Source: Chloropicon primus
Lineage: Eukaryota
DNA: 64,000 nt
Direction: 5' to 3'
Assembly (NCBI GenBank): GCA_023205875.1
Contig: CP060754.1
Coordinates: 1,364,001-1,428,000 of the forward strand
A program made the translations under genes and the position numbers. Position 1 is the stretch's first letter. The number at the start of each line of letters is the position of its first letter. Below, piece by piece: positions 9,510 to 18,012 of this stretch. The notes beneath the pieces were generated by a model that worked only from the letters and a program-made list of their open reading frames with translations, was not told where the DNA came from and made no database searches.

Positions 9510-12500
9510 TCAAGTCAAGTTAAGTTGGTATACAGCGTTGAGTTTGTTCCTGGTTGCGGGGGGGACCCTGGACCAGTCCACAAGCGCCTTGTAGTGCGAC
9601 AGAAGGCTGAGCAACATCTGGTGCAAAGTAGGGTTCTTGATCTGGTGCCAGCTTGCGATCGCATTCGACACCTGAGGAAAGTATTTCGCTCCCATGTCTT
9701 GTCTCGCCTGCAGCATGTGAAAGAGCCCGACAAACGCGTCTTCTTTCTCCTTTGAGTCGCACAGGGTGCCGAGGGCCACGGCCCAGCTCCAAAAGAAGTG
9801 GTCCATGTACGGAGCAAGGGCCTGAGACTGCACGCTCGCAACACACCCGATCAAGATCGAGGCATTCTCCAGGAGAATCCTTGGGAACCCAGAGCTTCTT
9901 TCGAGGAAAGGGGTCACCAAGCCCAGCAAGCTCACCACGGCTTGGCCATCAATGCTCTTCGCCACCTTGCAAAGGCACCACATCGCATTGTTCACTTCAT
10001 CCAACGCAGTTCCTGCGGTTATGGCCCCCGCCACACTGCCATCAAGGTCGTTCCTCCTATTTATTTCTGCGATTGCACTCTGCAAGCTCTGAAGCCCCGC
10101 CTGAATCACACTCATGCTCAAATCATTGGTGTTTTGGGCCGTGAGTAATCCTGTCCCCTGGGACAACAGTGAGCCGCAGAGAGAAAACGCTGCCTGTTTC
10201 ACGTCCGAGCTACTGTGGTGCAAGCAGCTGCACAAGAAGGCAAGGAATTCCTGGTGCTGCCCCGAGAGCAACTGCGTCGCTGACGGGAAGTGAACTAATC
10301 CCGCCATGAGTCCCAAAGTCGCAGAAATCGTGTAGATCGTCTTGTCAGAGGCATCATTCAATGAAGATGCTACCTGGCAAACTTGTACACAGAATTCGAC
10401 AATCCCCTTGCAGTGCGCCTCCAGGGCATCGCCAAAAGCGCTGAGGCACAGAGTGATCGTCTGAACCAGGTTCAGGAAAACCATGTCGCCGAACTTCTCC
10501 CTCTGATAAGAGAAGAATATGTCCAACAACGGCCCAAGGATAAGCGCAAAGTACCTCTGGTCACTGAAGAGCTCAGGGGCATCTGACTCCCTCACGCTGA
10601 GGCACAGGGTGGCCACCAAATCAAAGACCAGGATGACGTTCTTTTCGCTCATCGATTGCCTTTTGCCAAGCATAGACCGAATCTCCTCAATGGTAGGATC
10701 GAGGACCTGCAGCAGGAGCGACAACGTTATTTCTTGCACGCACACTGCAAGGGCACTGAGGGCCGCCTCCACAACTTTTGGATGCAAACTTCTCAGCTGC
10801 AGGAGAAGGGACCTGTGCATTTGCTCGTAAAGGTCTCGCCCCGCCTCTCCGCTCTCGTCCGCGATGCTCACAACAGCCCTCGCAAATCTTGAAAGGGTCC
10901 AGCAACAGATGGTCACGAGCATGGGGTGTTGGGAGTCCGGGTGTTGCTGAAGCTGAGGTAAAATCACCTTCATCACATCCATCGTGTGCTCTTCGAGTCC
11001 TGGGCAGCCAATGATTACGGCTCCCAGGGCCAGTATTGCACTCTCCCTGACCGCCCACTCTTCGTGCTGCAAGTGTCCCGTGACAATGGGCAGCAAGAAA
11101 GGCAAGAGAGCATCTCCGTGGTGCAAAGCAAGGTGGTCAAGTGTCCCTGCGCTGCTCTTTCTCAACGTCCAGCTCTCGACAACGTCGCTGTCTTCCTCTT
11201 CTTGGGACCCGCCAAGGATTCCCCTGGCATTCTTCAACTGAAAAGGCCTGACATCCGTGCTCTGAAAAGCATGCGTTTGTTGGCGCTGGGCCTTGGTCTT
11301 GATGTCTTCCCAGATCTGCTCCGCCTCGATGACATCCTCGTCGTCATTGCTGTACCTCATGTTCTTGGTGAGAACTTTGATGAGCTCGCCCATGGCGCGT
11401 TGAAGCCAGTACTCGCAATCGGAAGAGAGGGACTCCCCCCCCGCGAGGGACGCAGAGGTCTCCCCGTACTGATCGGCGCTATAGAAATCAATCGTCTCCA
11501 TGTAGACCGACCAAAATCCTGTCGCTTCCAGAGCCACTAGCGTGTCTTGGTCTTGAGTCATGACAAGCATATACTTTACAAGATTCTCCAGGTGGATCTG
11601 CAAGAGCTGAGCCTCCACCTCCAAAATCTGCACGAACCCAGTGCACACCACCGCCTTTACCTCTGGCTCAGAGTTGCTTGTCAGCGCCAGCAGTTGGTTC
11701 AAAGTGTTTTGGGTAAGCTGCTGCTGCCGAAGCACCTCCTTGTTCGTGTCAATGCTGTGCGAGAGGTACAATATCTGCAAGATGTGGTACACGCACTTGA
11801 GCGTCTTCACCCTCACATTTGTCTTTGGCAGGGCGGCCTTGTGCAGGATGAGGTTTCCCAGATCAAACCGCTTGCACAGCTCCGCAACTTCTTGGCATAT
11901 GGCGCTGTTCTCCCCATGCTCTTCCAGCACCTTGAACAAAAAGTCAAGAGTCTCCTCGAGCTGCTCCAAGAGCAACCCCCTCTCGTCGCCGCTCGCGGCG
12001 CTGATATCCGTTCGCAGCTGGATGAGTATCCGCTCAAAGAGTTCGGGCCACTTGCTCAGCCCCTCAAAGCCAACGATCGTTGACATCACAGTCCCGAGCG
12101 TGTTTTGCACCGACTTGTTCTTGTAGTGGTGGTGCTTCTCAGGGGAGGACGCCGCGCCGACTTGAAGAAACATCTGCAGGCAGCCAACCTTGATGAGGTT
12201 CTTCGCCTTCTCGGCGATCCCTTCCTTGTACTTGGTCTTTATGGACTGCTTCAAGAGCAGGCCGGCCGCCTGGCAAACCTCGACCCTAAGCTCCGCGTTG
12301 TTCCACTGCGCCATCAGGGCCACCAAGTACAACTCAAAGTCACCCTTGAGGTGGTCCCGCAGCTGCTGGATCTGGTTGTAGACGTGCGCGTGATTGGCAA
12401 ACGGGTCGACTGTGCTCGAGAGCAGACCCACAAGGACTTTCATGACCTCGTCATTCGAGGGGAAGCCGTAATTCTCCCCCTGGACCCTCCCCGAAGCTCC

Positions 12501-12512
12501 GGGCGCTGCCAT
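9510..12512 (-). CDS. TRN1: Transportin-1 / importin-beta2 family HEAT-repeat protein
   Basis: 'AAGLLLK', 'VALEATGFW', acidic loop then 'WTLRKSSAGTLDHLA', 'RESAILALGAV', 'ICCWTLSRF', 'LLENASILIG'. Confidence 0.88.
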   Translation of the reverse strand: MAAPGASGRVQGENYGFPSNDEVMKVLVGLLSSTVDPFANHAHVYNQIQQLRDHLKGDFELYLVALMAQWNNAELRVEVCQAAGLLLKQSIKTKYKEGIAEKAKNLIKVGCLQMFLQVGAASSPEKHHHYKNKSVQNTLGTVMSTIVGFEGLSKWPELFERILIQLRTDISAASGDERGLLLEQLEETLDFLFKVLEEHGENSAICQEVAELCKRFDLGNLILHKAALPKTNVRVKTLKCVYHILQILYLSHSIDTNKEVLRQQQLTQNTLNQLLALTSNSEPEVKAVVCTGFVQILEVEAQLLQIHLENLVKYMLVMTQDQDTLVALEATGFWSVYMETIDFYSADQYGETSASLAGGESLSSDCEYWLQRAMGELIKVLTKNMRYSNDDEDVIEAEQIWEDIKTKAQRQQTHAFQSTDVRPFQLKNARGILGGSQEEEDSDVVESWTLRKSSAGTLDHLALHHGDALLPFLLPIVTGHLQHEEWAVRESAILALGAVIIGCPGLEEHTMDVMKVILPQLQQHPDSQHPMLVTICCWTLSRFARAVVSIADESGEAGRDLYEQMHRSLLLQLRSLHPKVVEAALSALAVCVQEITLSLLLQVLDPTIEEIRSMLGKRQSMSEKNVILVFDLVATLCLSVRESDAPELFSDQRYFALILGPLLDIFFSYQREKFGDMVFLNLVQTITLCLSAFGDALEAHCKGIVEFCVQVCQVASSLNDASDKTIYTISATLGLMAGLVHFPSATQLLSGQHQEFLAFLCSCLHHSSSDVKQAAFSLCGSLLSQGTGLLTAQNTNDLSMSVIQAGLQSLQSAIAEINRRNDLDGSVAGAITAGTALDEVNNAMWCLCKVAKSIDGQAVVSLLGLVTPFLERSSGFPRILLENASILIGCVASVQSQALAPYMDHFFWSWAVALGTLCDSKEKEDAFVGLFHMLQARQDMGAKYFPQVSNAIASWHQIKNPTLHQMLLSLLSHYKALVDWSRVPPATRNKLNAVYQLNLT

Positions 12513-12556
12513 CCTCCTCCGGTCTTCCAAGCCAGAACCAAAGGTGTCAGGAGCTC

Positions 12557-13036
12557 TCAATTGAAACTTGGTCCCTCCGCGGTATCACCCTGTTGCGTTT
12601 GAATCTGCTCGTCCAATTGTCTCTGCATCTCTCCCTTGGCCTTGAGGGCAGCCTCCACCCGCCTCTTCAAAAGCAAGCCGACCTCCGACTGAATGTTCTT
12701 CTCCTTGGTCTTGACAAGGTAGTCGTCAAGGGAACCGTGCTTCTTGATGCACCTCAGGACGTACGTCGTGACCTTGAGCTTGAATTTTTTTTCCAGGACG
12801 TCGCTATACAAGTTCTTGCTGACCACGTTCGGCTTCCACTTCCTCCTCGTCTTGTTCCCGCCGTCCTTGCTCACTTTGTTTCCGAACTGAACCTCTTTGC
12901 CACCGTACAGGCCTCTCAAGGCGCGCGAAGGCAACGCCGCCGCGGCGTAGTCCCTCGTCGTCACAACACGGACAAAGCCCAAGCTTGTCGTGGTCTTCAG
13001 GTTACTCAGCAAACCTCCAACGAGCGCGGAAAACAT
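12557..13036 (-). CDS. MRPL28: Mitochondrial ribosomal protein bL28m
   Basis: 'RALRGLYGGKEVQFGNKVSKDGGNKTRRKWKPNV', 'CIKKHGSLDDYL'; ATG at 13036. Confidence 0.9.
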   Translation of the reverse strand: MFSALVGGLLSNLKTTTSLGFVRVVTTRDYAAAALPSRALRGLYGGKEVQFGNKVSKDGGNKTRRKWKPNVVSKNLYSDVLEKKFKLKVTTYVLRCIKKHGSLDDYLVKTKEKNIQSEVGLLLKRRVEAALKAKGEMQRQLDEQIQTQQGDTAEGPSFN

Positions 13037-13307
13037 CGAGATATCGTGATCGAGTTCACGCACAACACACAGCAACCCCTTCGCTCTCTTTCGCTTCCCC
13101 CTCTCGCGCTCTTCCTTCTTCTGAGAACCCACAGGATTGTTGGAGGTTTTCCCCTGTTGGTGGGATTCCAGTGTATACCAGTTTGGTCACACCCAAAGGA
13201 CAACCCACAAAACGTTTTCTCGTTCTCACTTGCTGGACAAGGCACTGGTAAAAAATCTAGCCTCGCGAGAGGAAGGGAGGAGGACGCCGAGTGAAACACT
13301 AACAGTC

Positions 13308-15476
13308 ATGGCGCGATCAGGGAAGCGCCGTAAGAAAAAGGAGAAGCAGGGGAGTGGCTCGACGAGTTCCACAAGGAGGTCGCACTCTGGCGAGAGTCAT
13401 GCTCAGGGCGCTTCGAAGTCGGGGCAGGAGTCTCCGACGACGGAGCCGTTACGTCGGTTCTGGAATCAGGGTTTAGCCTGGCTCTACGCGTTGTGCCTGC
13501 TTCCTATCGCGGACGACCCCGCCTCTGCGGGTGAGGGTTCGAGCACGCCTCGCAAGAAGCGGGGGGGGAAGCGGAAGGGGAAGCCGCTGGACGACCCCGC
13601 CTCTGCTTTCGAGGAGGGTTCGAGCACGCCTCGCAAGAAGCGGGGGGGGAAGCGGAAGGGGAAGCCGCCGGAGGCGGACGCCTCTGCGGGTGAGAGTTCG
13701 AGCTCGTCAGGCAAGCCTCGCAAGAAGCCTCGCAAGAAGGGCAAGAAGAAGAACAAGAAGAAGGGTAAGAAGAAGAAGAACAAGAGGGGGAAGAAAGCAG
13801 GGAAGCAGCCGGGTGGCTTGGCGGACGACAGCGTGAAGAAGACCTGGTTCTCATCGATCAAGAGAGAACTTGAAGAGGTAAAGTGTCCGAAGACGGGATG
13901 GAGGTCGTGCTTGAACCTTCCAGAAGATTCTGTGGTATCCGTCGAGACATTGCAGTCGCCCGCCAAAAGGAAGAGGGAGCAGAAACTGAAGACCTCCAAG
14001 CTATTGTCGGAGCGAACGGTGATACGGACGAGGAAGCTTAGGATGCGCTTGAACCCTGAGCAGGCGAAGTGCCTTTGCAACTGGATGGGAGCTGCGCGTT
14101 TCACATACAACAAGTGTTTGGAGGCGGTCAAGAAGGAGGGTTTTCCGCTGGTTTGGACCGTCCTGCTGGACAGATTTGTGACGGCCAAACCGCGACGCCC
14201 TGAGGTCTTTGAGGGGCTGGAGAAAGAGCTGAAAGAAATCCAATGCTCTCCACGGCCATGGACAAAACAGGAGGCAGAGCTTTTCGCGGCCAGAGAGAAG
14301 AGACTCGAGAGCCAAATTGGAGGCAGACGATTTCGCGCCGAAGTGGCCAAGGACCGGGACTACGTTAGCGGGGCCTTTGTGAATCAGAAGCATCCTTGGC
14401 TGAAGGAAACCCCCTGTGCCATCAGACAAGCTGCCGTGCGAAGTCTCATCAAGGCATGGGATTCGAACACCGCGAAGCAGGAAGCGATGAAGGAGCGCGG
14501 CGAGAAGAAGGGGCACCGCTTCGTTCTCAAGTATCGTCAACGTCAGCAACCGAGTTCTTGGACTATTGAAATTGATGCAAGAGAGTTAAAGAACGTGGAG
14601 ACGATCGAAAGACCGAGAACGAGACACAAGGATGACACCAAGCACAAGAAACGACGCAAGTGGACCAAGCTGGAGGTGTTCAAGAAGAAGATGGCCGGCG
14701 GGCCCCTGTACTTGACGGAGGAGATCCCCGGGGGCAAGATCGAGGGTGCCGTGAAGATCACAAGAAATCGCCTTGGGCAGTTCCACATGCACATTCCCAT
14801 CGCGACGCCATGGGATCGCCTGCCACCCCTGAAGCCTGAGAACAAGCGGAAGGTTGTCGCCCTGGATCCGGGAGTCAGGACCTTTCAGACGTCGTACTCG
14901 CCGCAAGAAGGCGTCGGGGAGTATGCCACGGGCGAGCGAGGCTTCGCGAGGCTGTTCAACCTCTGCTGGAGGATTGATGAGATCATTTCCGAGCGCAAAG
15001 ACCCAAAGGTGAAGCTCCCTTACCTCGACCGCCGCGACTTGAAGAGACAGCAATACGCCTGCATGGAGAAACTTCGAGGTCTGACGAACGAGCTTCACAA
15101 AAAGGTAGCCAACGATCTATGCAGGAGGTTCGACACAATCCTCCTCCCGGAGTTCAAGTCCCAAGACATGGTGAAGAAGAACAACAACGGGAGACGCCGA
15201 GTGATCAGGAAGAAGACGGCTCGCACGCTCTTGACGTTGAGGCACTATGCGTTCAGAACGTTCTTGGCTTCCAAGGTGCTCTTGCACGGCAGTGAGCTGG
15301 CGATCGTGACGGAGGAGTACACCTCCAAGACCTGTGGCAGGTGCGGACACATCAAGGACAACCTGGGTGGAGCAGAGGTGTACAAGTGCCAGAAGTGTGG
15401 CTTCAAGTGCGGTCGGGATGTGAACGGGGCACGCAACGTCCTCCTGAAGCACTTGCGTCAACCAAAAAGTGTGTAA
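13308..15476 (+). CDS. Fanzor2 / TnpB-family RNA-guided endonuclease, 722 aa
   Basis: HTH 'RTRKLRMRLNPEQ..WMGAARFTYNKCL'; RuvC-I 'VALDPGVRTF' (D 14865); 'ILLPEF' with relocated Glu in 'VTEEYTSKTC' (15312-15317); Zn finger CGRC..CQKC; RuvC-III 'RDVNGARN' (D 15417); N-terminal 'FWN..LLP..WFS'. Confidence 0.92.
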   Translation: MARSGKRRKKKEKQGSGSTSSTRRSHSGESHAQGASKSGQESPTTEPLRRFWNQGLAWLYALCLLPIADDPASAGEGSSTPRKKRGGKRKGKPLDDPASAFEEGSSTPRKKRGGKRKGKPPEADASAGESSSSSGKPRKKPRKKGKKKNKKKGKKKKNKRGKKAGKQPGGLADDSVKKTWFSSIKRELEEVKCPKTGWRSCLNLPEDSVVSVETLQSPAKRKREQKLKTSKLLSERTVIRTRKLRMRLNPEQAKCLCNWMGAARFTYNKCLEAVKKEGFPLVWTVLLDRFVTAKPRRPEVFEGLEKELKEIQCSPRPWTKQEAELFAAREKRLESQIGGRRFRAEVAKDRDYVSGAFVNQKHPWLKETPCAIRQAAVRSLIKAWDSNTAKQEAMKERGEKKGHRFVLKYRQRQQPSSWTIEIDARELKNVETIERPRTRHKDDTKHKKRRKWTKLEVFKKKMAGGPLYLTEEIPGGKIEGAVKITRNRLGQFHMHIPIATPWDRLPPLKPENKRKVVALDPGVRTFQTSYSPQEGVGEYATGERGFARLFNLCWRIDEIISERKDPKVKLPYLDRRDLKRQQYACMEKLRGLTNELHKKVANDLCRRFDTILLPEFKSQDMVKKNNNGRRRVIRKKTARTLLTLRHYAFRTFLASKVLLHGSELAIVTEEYTSKTCGRCGHIKDNLGGAEVYKCQKCGFKCGRDVNGARNVLLKHLRQPKSV
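13511..13740 (+). repeat. ~78-bp tandem duplication (two copies plus a partial third) encoding Lys/Arg-rich NLS-like segments inside Fanzor
   Basis: 'GACGACCCCGCCTCTGC...GAGGGTTCGAGCACGCCTCGCAAGAAGCGGGGGGGGAAGCGGAAGGGGAAGCCG' repeated. Confidence 0.85.
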
Positions 15477-15650
15477 CTCCTCAGGGTTGCACATACGTTT
15501 GTTAGTACGGGCTGCCGTGCGTGGGCGGAAGTATTCGTTCATGTACGGTGGAATGGTCGTGGTAGGGCCGAATTACCCTGCCGAGAAACTTACAAACTCG
15601 GTGAAACGACCTTTGCAGAAAACTAACAGGTAAGTAGTGGCCGGTCTCTC
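15477..15650 (+). ncRNA. Candidate Fanzor omega-RNA scaffold (~15500-15630) plus flanking guide (~15631-15650)
   Basis: Nested pairings: TGTTAGT(15500)/ACTAACA(15622), GGTCGT(15555)/ACGACC(15606), GGTAGGG/CCCTGCC, CCGAG/CTCGG, ACGG/CCGT; immediately 3' of the Fanzor stop. Confidence 0.7.
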
Positions 15651-15847
15651 GTGTTTCTCTCCGTGTTTCTCTCTTTCAGTGGAAAGGAGAACTTGCCTTT
15701 GTGCTTCCAGTATTGACTGTGATTATCTTACCGTCCTTTCGTGACTTTTCTGTGTGCTGTTTTTGATCTGATGTCTGAACACCATAACAAGGATGGAATC
15801 GAGATGCCGGCGCCGGAGGTGATGGTGATGGTGATGGTGATGGAGAG

Positions 15848-16149
15848 GAGGCAGAGCAGGAGGGGGATTGAATGAGTGGATGAATTGTCTCTTGCTCTTT
15901 CCAAAGAGCCATCACTTGCTCACTTTTGCTCCCTAGAGAGAGAGAGGAGACGATTGGGGATGAAGGGGAATGATGAGGGTGCTGGGGTGATGGTGGTTGT
16001 GATAATGCCGAGGAGGGGAGGCAGAGCAGGAGGGGGATCGAATGAGTGGATGAATTGCCTCTTGCTCTTTCCAGTGAGCCATCACTTGCTCACTTTTGCT
16101 CCCTAGAGAGAGAGGAGACGATTGGGGATGAAGGGGAATGATGAGGGTG
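15848..16149. repeat. ~132-bp direct repeat, two copies (15848-15981, 16018-16149)
   Basis: Near-identical 'GGCAGAGCAGGAGGGGGAT..GAATGAGTGGATGAATTG...GAGCCATCACTTGCTCACTTTTGCTCCCTAGAGAG...GATGAGGGTG'. Confidence 0.85.
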
Positions 16150-16622
16150 ATGAGGGTGGTGGGTGGTGATGGTGATGGAGGGGGAGGGGAGGGAATGCAA
16201 TGACTCGTGACTCGTTCTGCTTTCCGAGGAGTCCGTCTTCGCTTCGCTTAGGAGAGGAACGAACGAACGAACGAACGAACGAATGAATGAATGAATGAAT
16301 GAATCAAGGAAGGAAGGAAGGAAGGAAGGGTGGTCGTGGTCGGTCGTGTTGAGGAGGCAGCAGAGGAGGCAGCAGAGGGGGAGAGGGGGCTTCAGACCAG
16401 GGGACGTGGTGTGAGGTGAGGTGGAGGGGGTGGCAGAGTCACCAGGTTGCACATAGAGCTGCCCGGGAGGGGTTACTCCGCGCCCGTGCTCCAAAACAGT
16501 GGCCGTGCTCTTCGCGCGTCCTGGCCGTCCCGGTGGCCGTCGTTATCTGAAGTGAGATGCCTATATTTTATCTACAATTTAATAATCTTCCTATAGGAGT
16601 TTCGTTATTACGATTCAAAACT

Positions 16623-17340
16623 TCAGGTGAAGATCATCTGTGGAGGGTTTGGGCACCTTCCGGCAATGAGGTCCAAGTCCCTCTTTCCAGCGCTGGTGAT
16701 CACCCTGCCTCCCTTGCTGTAGAGCTCTACGAGGCCAGCCTTCTCGAGCTGCTGGCAAATGTGGCGGATGAGTCCACCGCTCACCTTGCAGAAGTGCTCC
16801 GTTCTCACGCCCTTCCTGTAAGTCGAACCGTAAATCTTCCTGAACTTTCCGATACCGATTCCCTGCTTGAGGTAGATCTTCCTGGCAACGCTCGCGGCGC
16901 GGACAAAGTACCAGTCTGGATCATACGGGGACAACTCCTTGTAGCATCCCGTCTTAATCAAGTCCACGTTCTCCATAGGAGTCAACTACAAATCAAAATG
17001 AAAAAAAAAAAGGTGGACATGAAATGAAATGAAATCAACCCCCGAAGAAGAAGAAGAAGAAGAAGAAGAAAACAAGGCAAAGTCAGTCCCCTTGCACGAC
17101 AAAGCATCCAGCTTCACCCCCACACCTCCCTCTCTCCACCTCCGCCTTTCGCGTGTTCCCTCGATGCCAAAACGAAGCGAAACACTTGAAGAAGCAGAGA
17201 GAGAACCTATGCCATCGTCGTCGTCGTCGTCGTCGTCGTCGTTGTCTTACCTTTCCCTTGAGATGCTTGGCATACTGCCTGACGAACTCGTGGGAGTCGA
17301 CATCCTTCACGGTCTTTGGTGTATACTTCTCTTCCGCCAT
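16623..17340 (-). CDS. RPS19: 40S ribosomal protein eS19; exons 17251-17340 and 16623-16985
   Basis: '[11 protein letters not shown]', '[23 protein letters not shown]', 'GKRDLDLIA'; GTAAG...TAG intron keeps the frame. Confidence 0.95.
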
Positions 17341-18012
17341 CGTGTGCGCGCGCGTCTCGTGTCCTCGCTCTTCTGTGGTGTGGAGCGGCGTGGTTCTCTC
17401 TCGCCTCTTCGTGTTTTTCCTCTTTCTCTCTCTCTCTCTCTCAAGTGCTAAATCCATCTTAGCGAACGCCGAATTGGAGGAAAAAGGGTGGCGGCGGCGG
17501 CGGAGTACAACGATACCTCGTGCCGAACGTAAGGAAAGTGTACAAAGAAATGAACGTACGTCTGAAAGAAAACAAAGGAACGTCTAATTGGATAAATTGC
17601 TCTATTGTCGAGTGAGTTTTAACACGATAATTAAAGCGAAAGGGTGGTTGTTCTTGGCAAAATATTTCGTTATTAGTGTTTTAATGTTACGTTTTGGTAC
17701 GTTATTTTTACTCAAAAGGGGGTTTCAGCCGGTTGAAGGGAAAAAACAGAACATAACGAAGGCCTCGACGTTTCGTTGGATCGGCGGGTGGGTTGGCGGT
17801 TTCTAGCGACGAGGCGTGGAGGCTCGGGCTTGTCGGCAATTGGAAGTGTCGCCGCCTCGTGGTGTCTCGAATCAGAAGTCTTGCTCCTTGGCTCGGCTTT
17901 TTTTCACTTTCATCCTCCGTCACCCACAAGCGGAGCCGGAGAAGAAAGTTTTGTTTTGTTACACACGAGGTCTCTCTCTTCCTTGGCATCCTCTGTCTCT
18001 CATTATCTCGCC

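Larger units (their letters stand above)
13131..15630 (+). mobile_element. Non-autonomous Fanzor2 (IS607/TnpB-derived) element; ends approximate
   Basis: Fanzor ORF plus structured 3' RNA; ACAGG at 13131-13135 and 15626-15630; CT-rich host-like DNA on both outer flanks; no transposase ORF. Confidence 0.6.

Noticed and set aside
13137..13500. IS607 serine recombinase (TnpA) upstream of or overlapping Fanzor
   Set aside because: No YxRVS or other resolvase motif seen in the frames inspected, and the space is too short
15626..15636. Minus-strand ACTTACCTG resembling the U1 snRNA 5' end
   Set aside because: No U1 stem-loops or Sm site follow; it is simply the complement of a splice-donor consensus
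16444..16455. GGTTGCACATA shared with the Fanzor 3' region (~15485)
   Set aside because: An isolated 11-mer is plausible by chance and there is no flanking similarity
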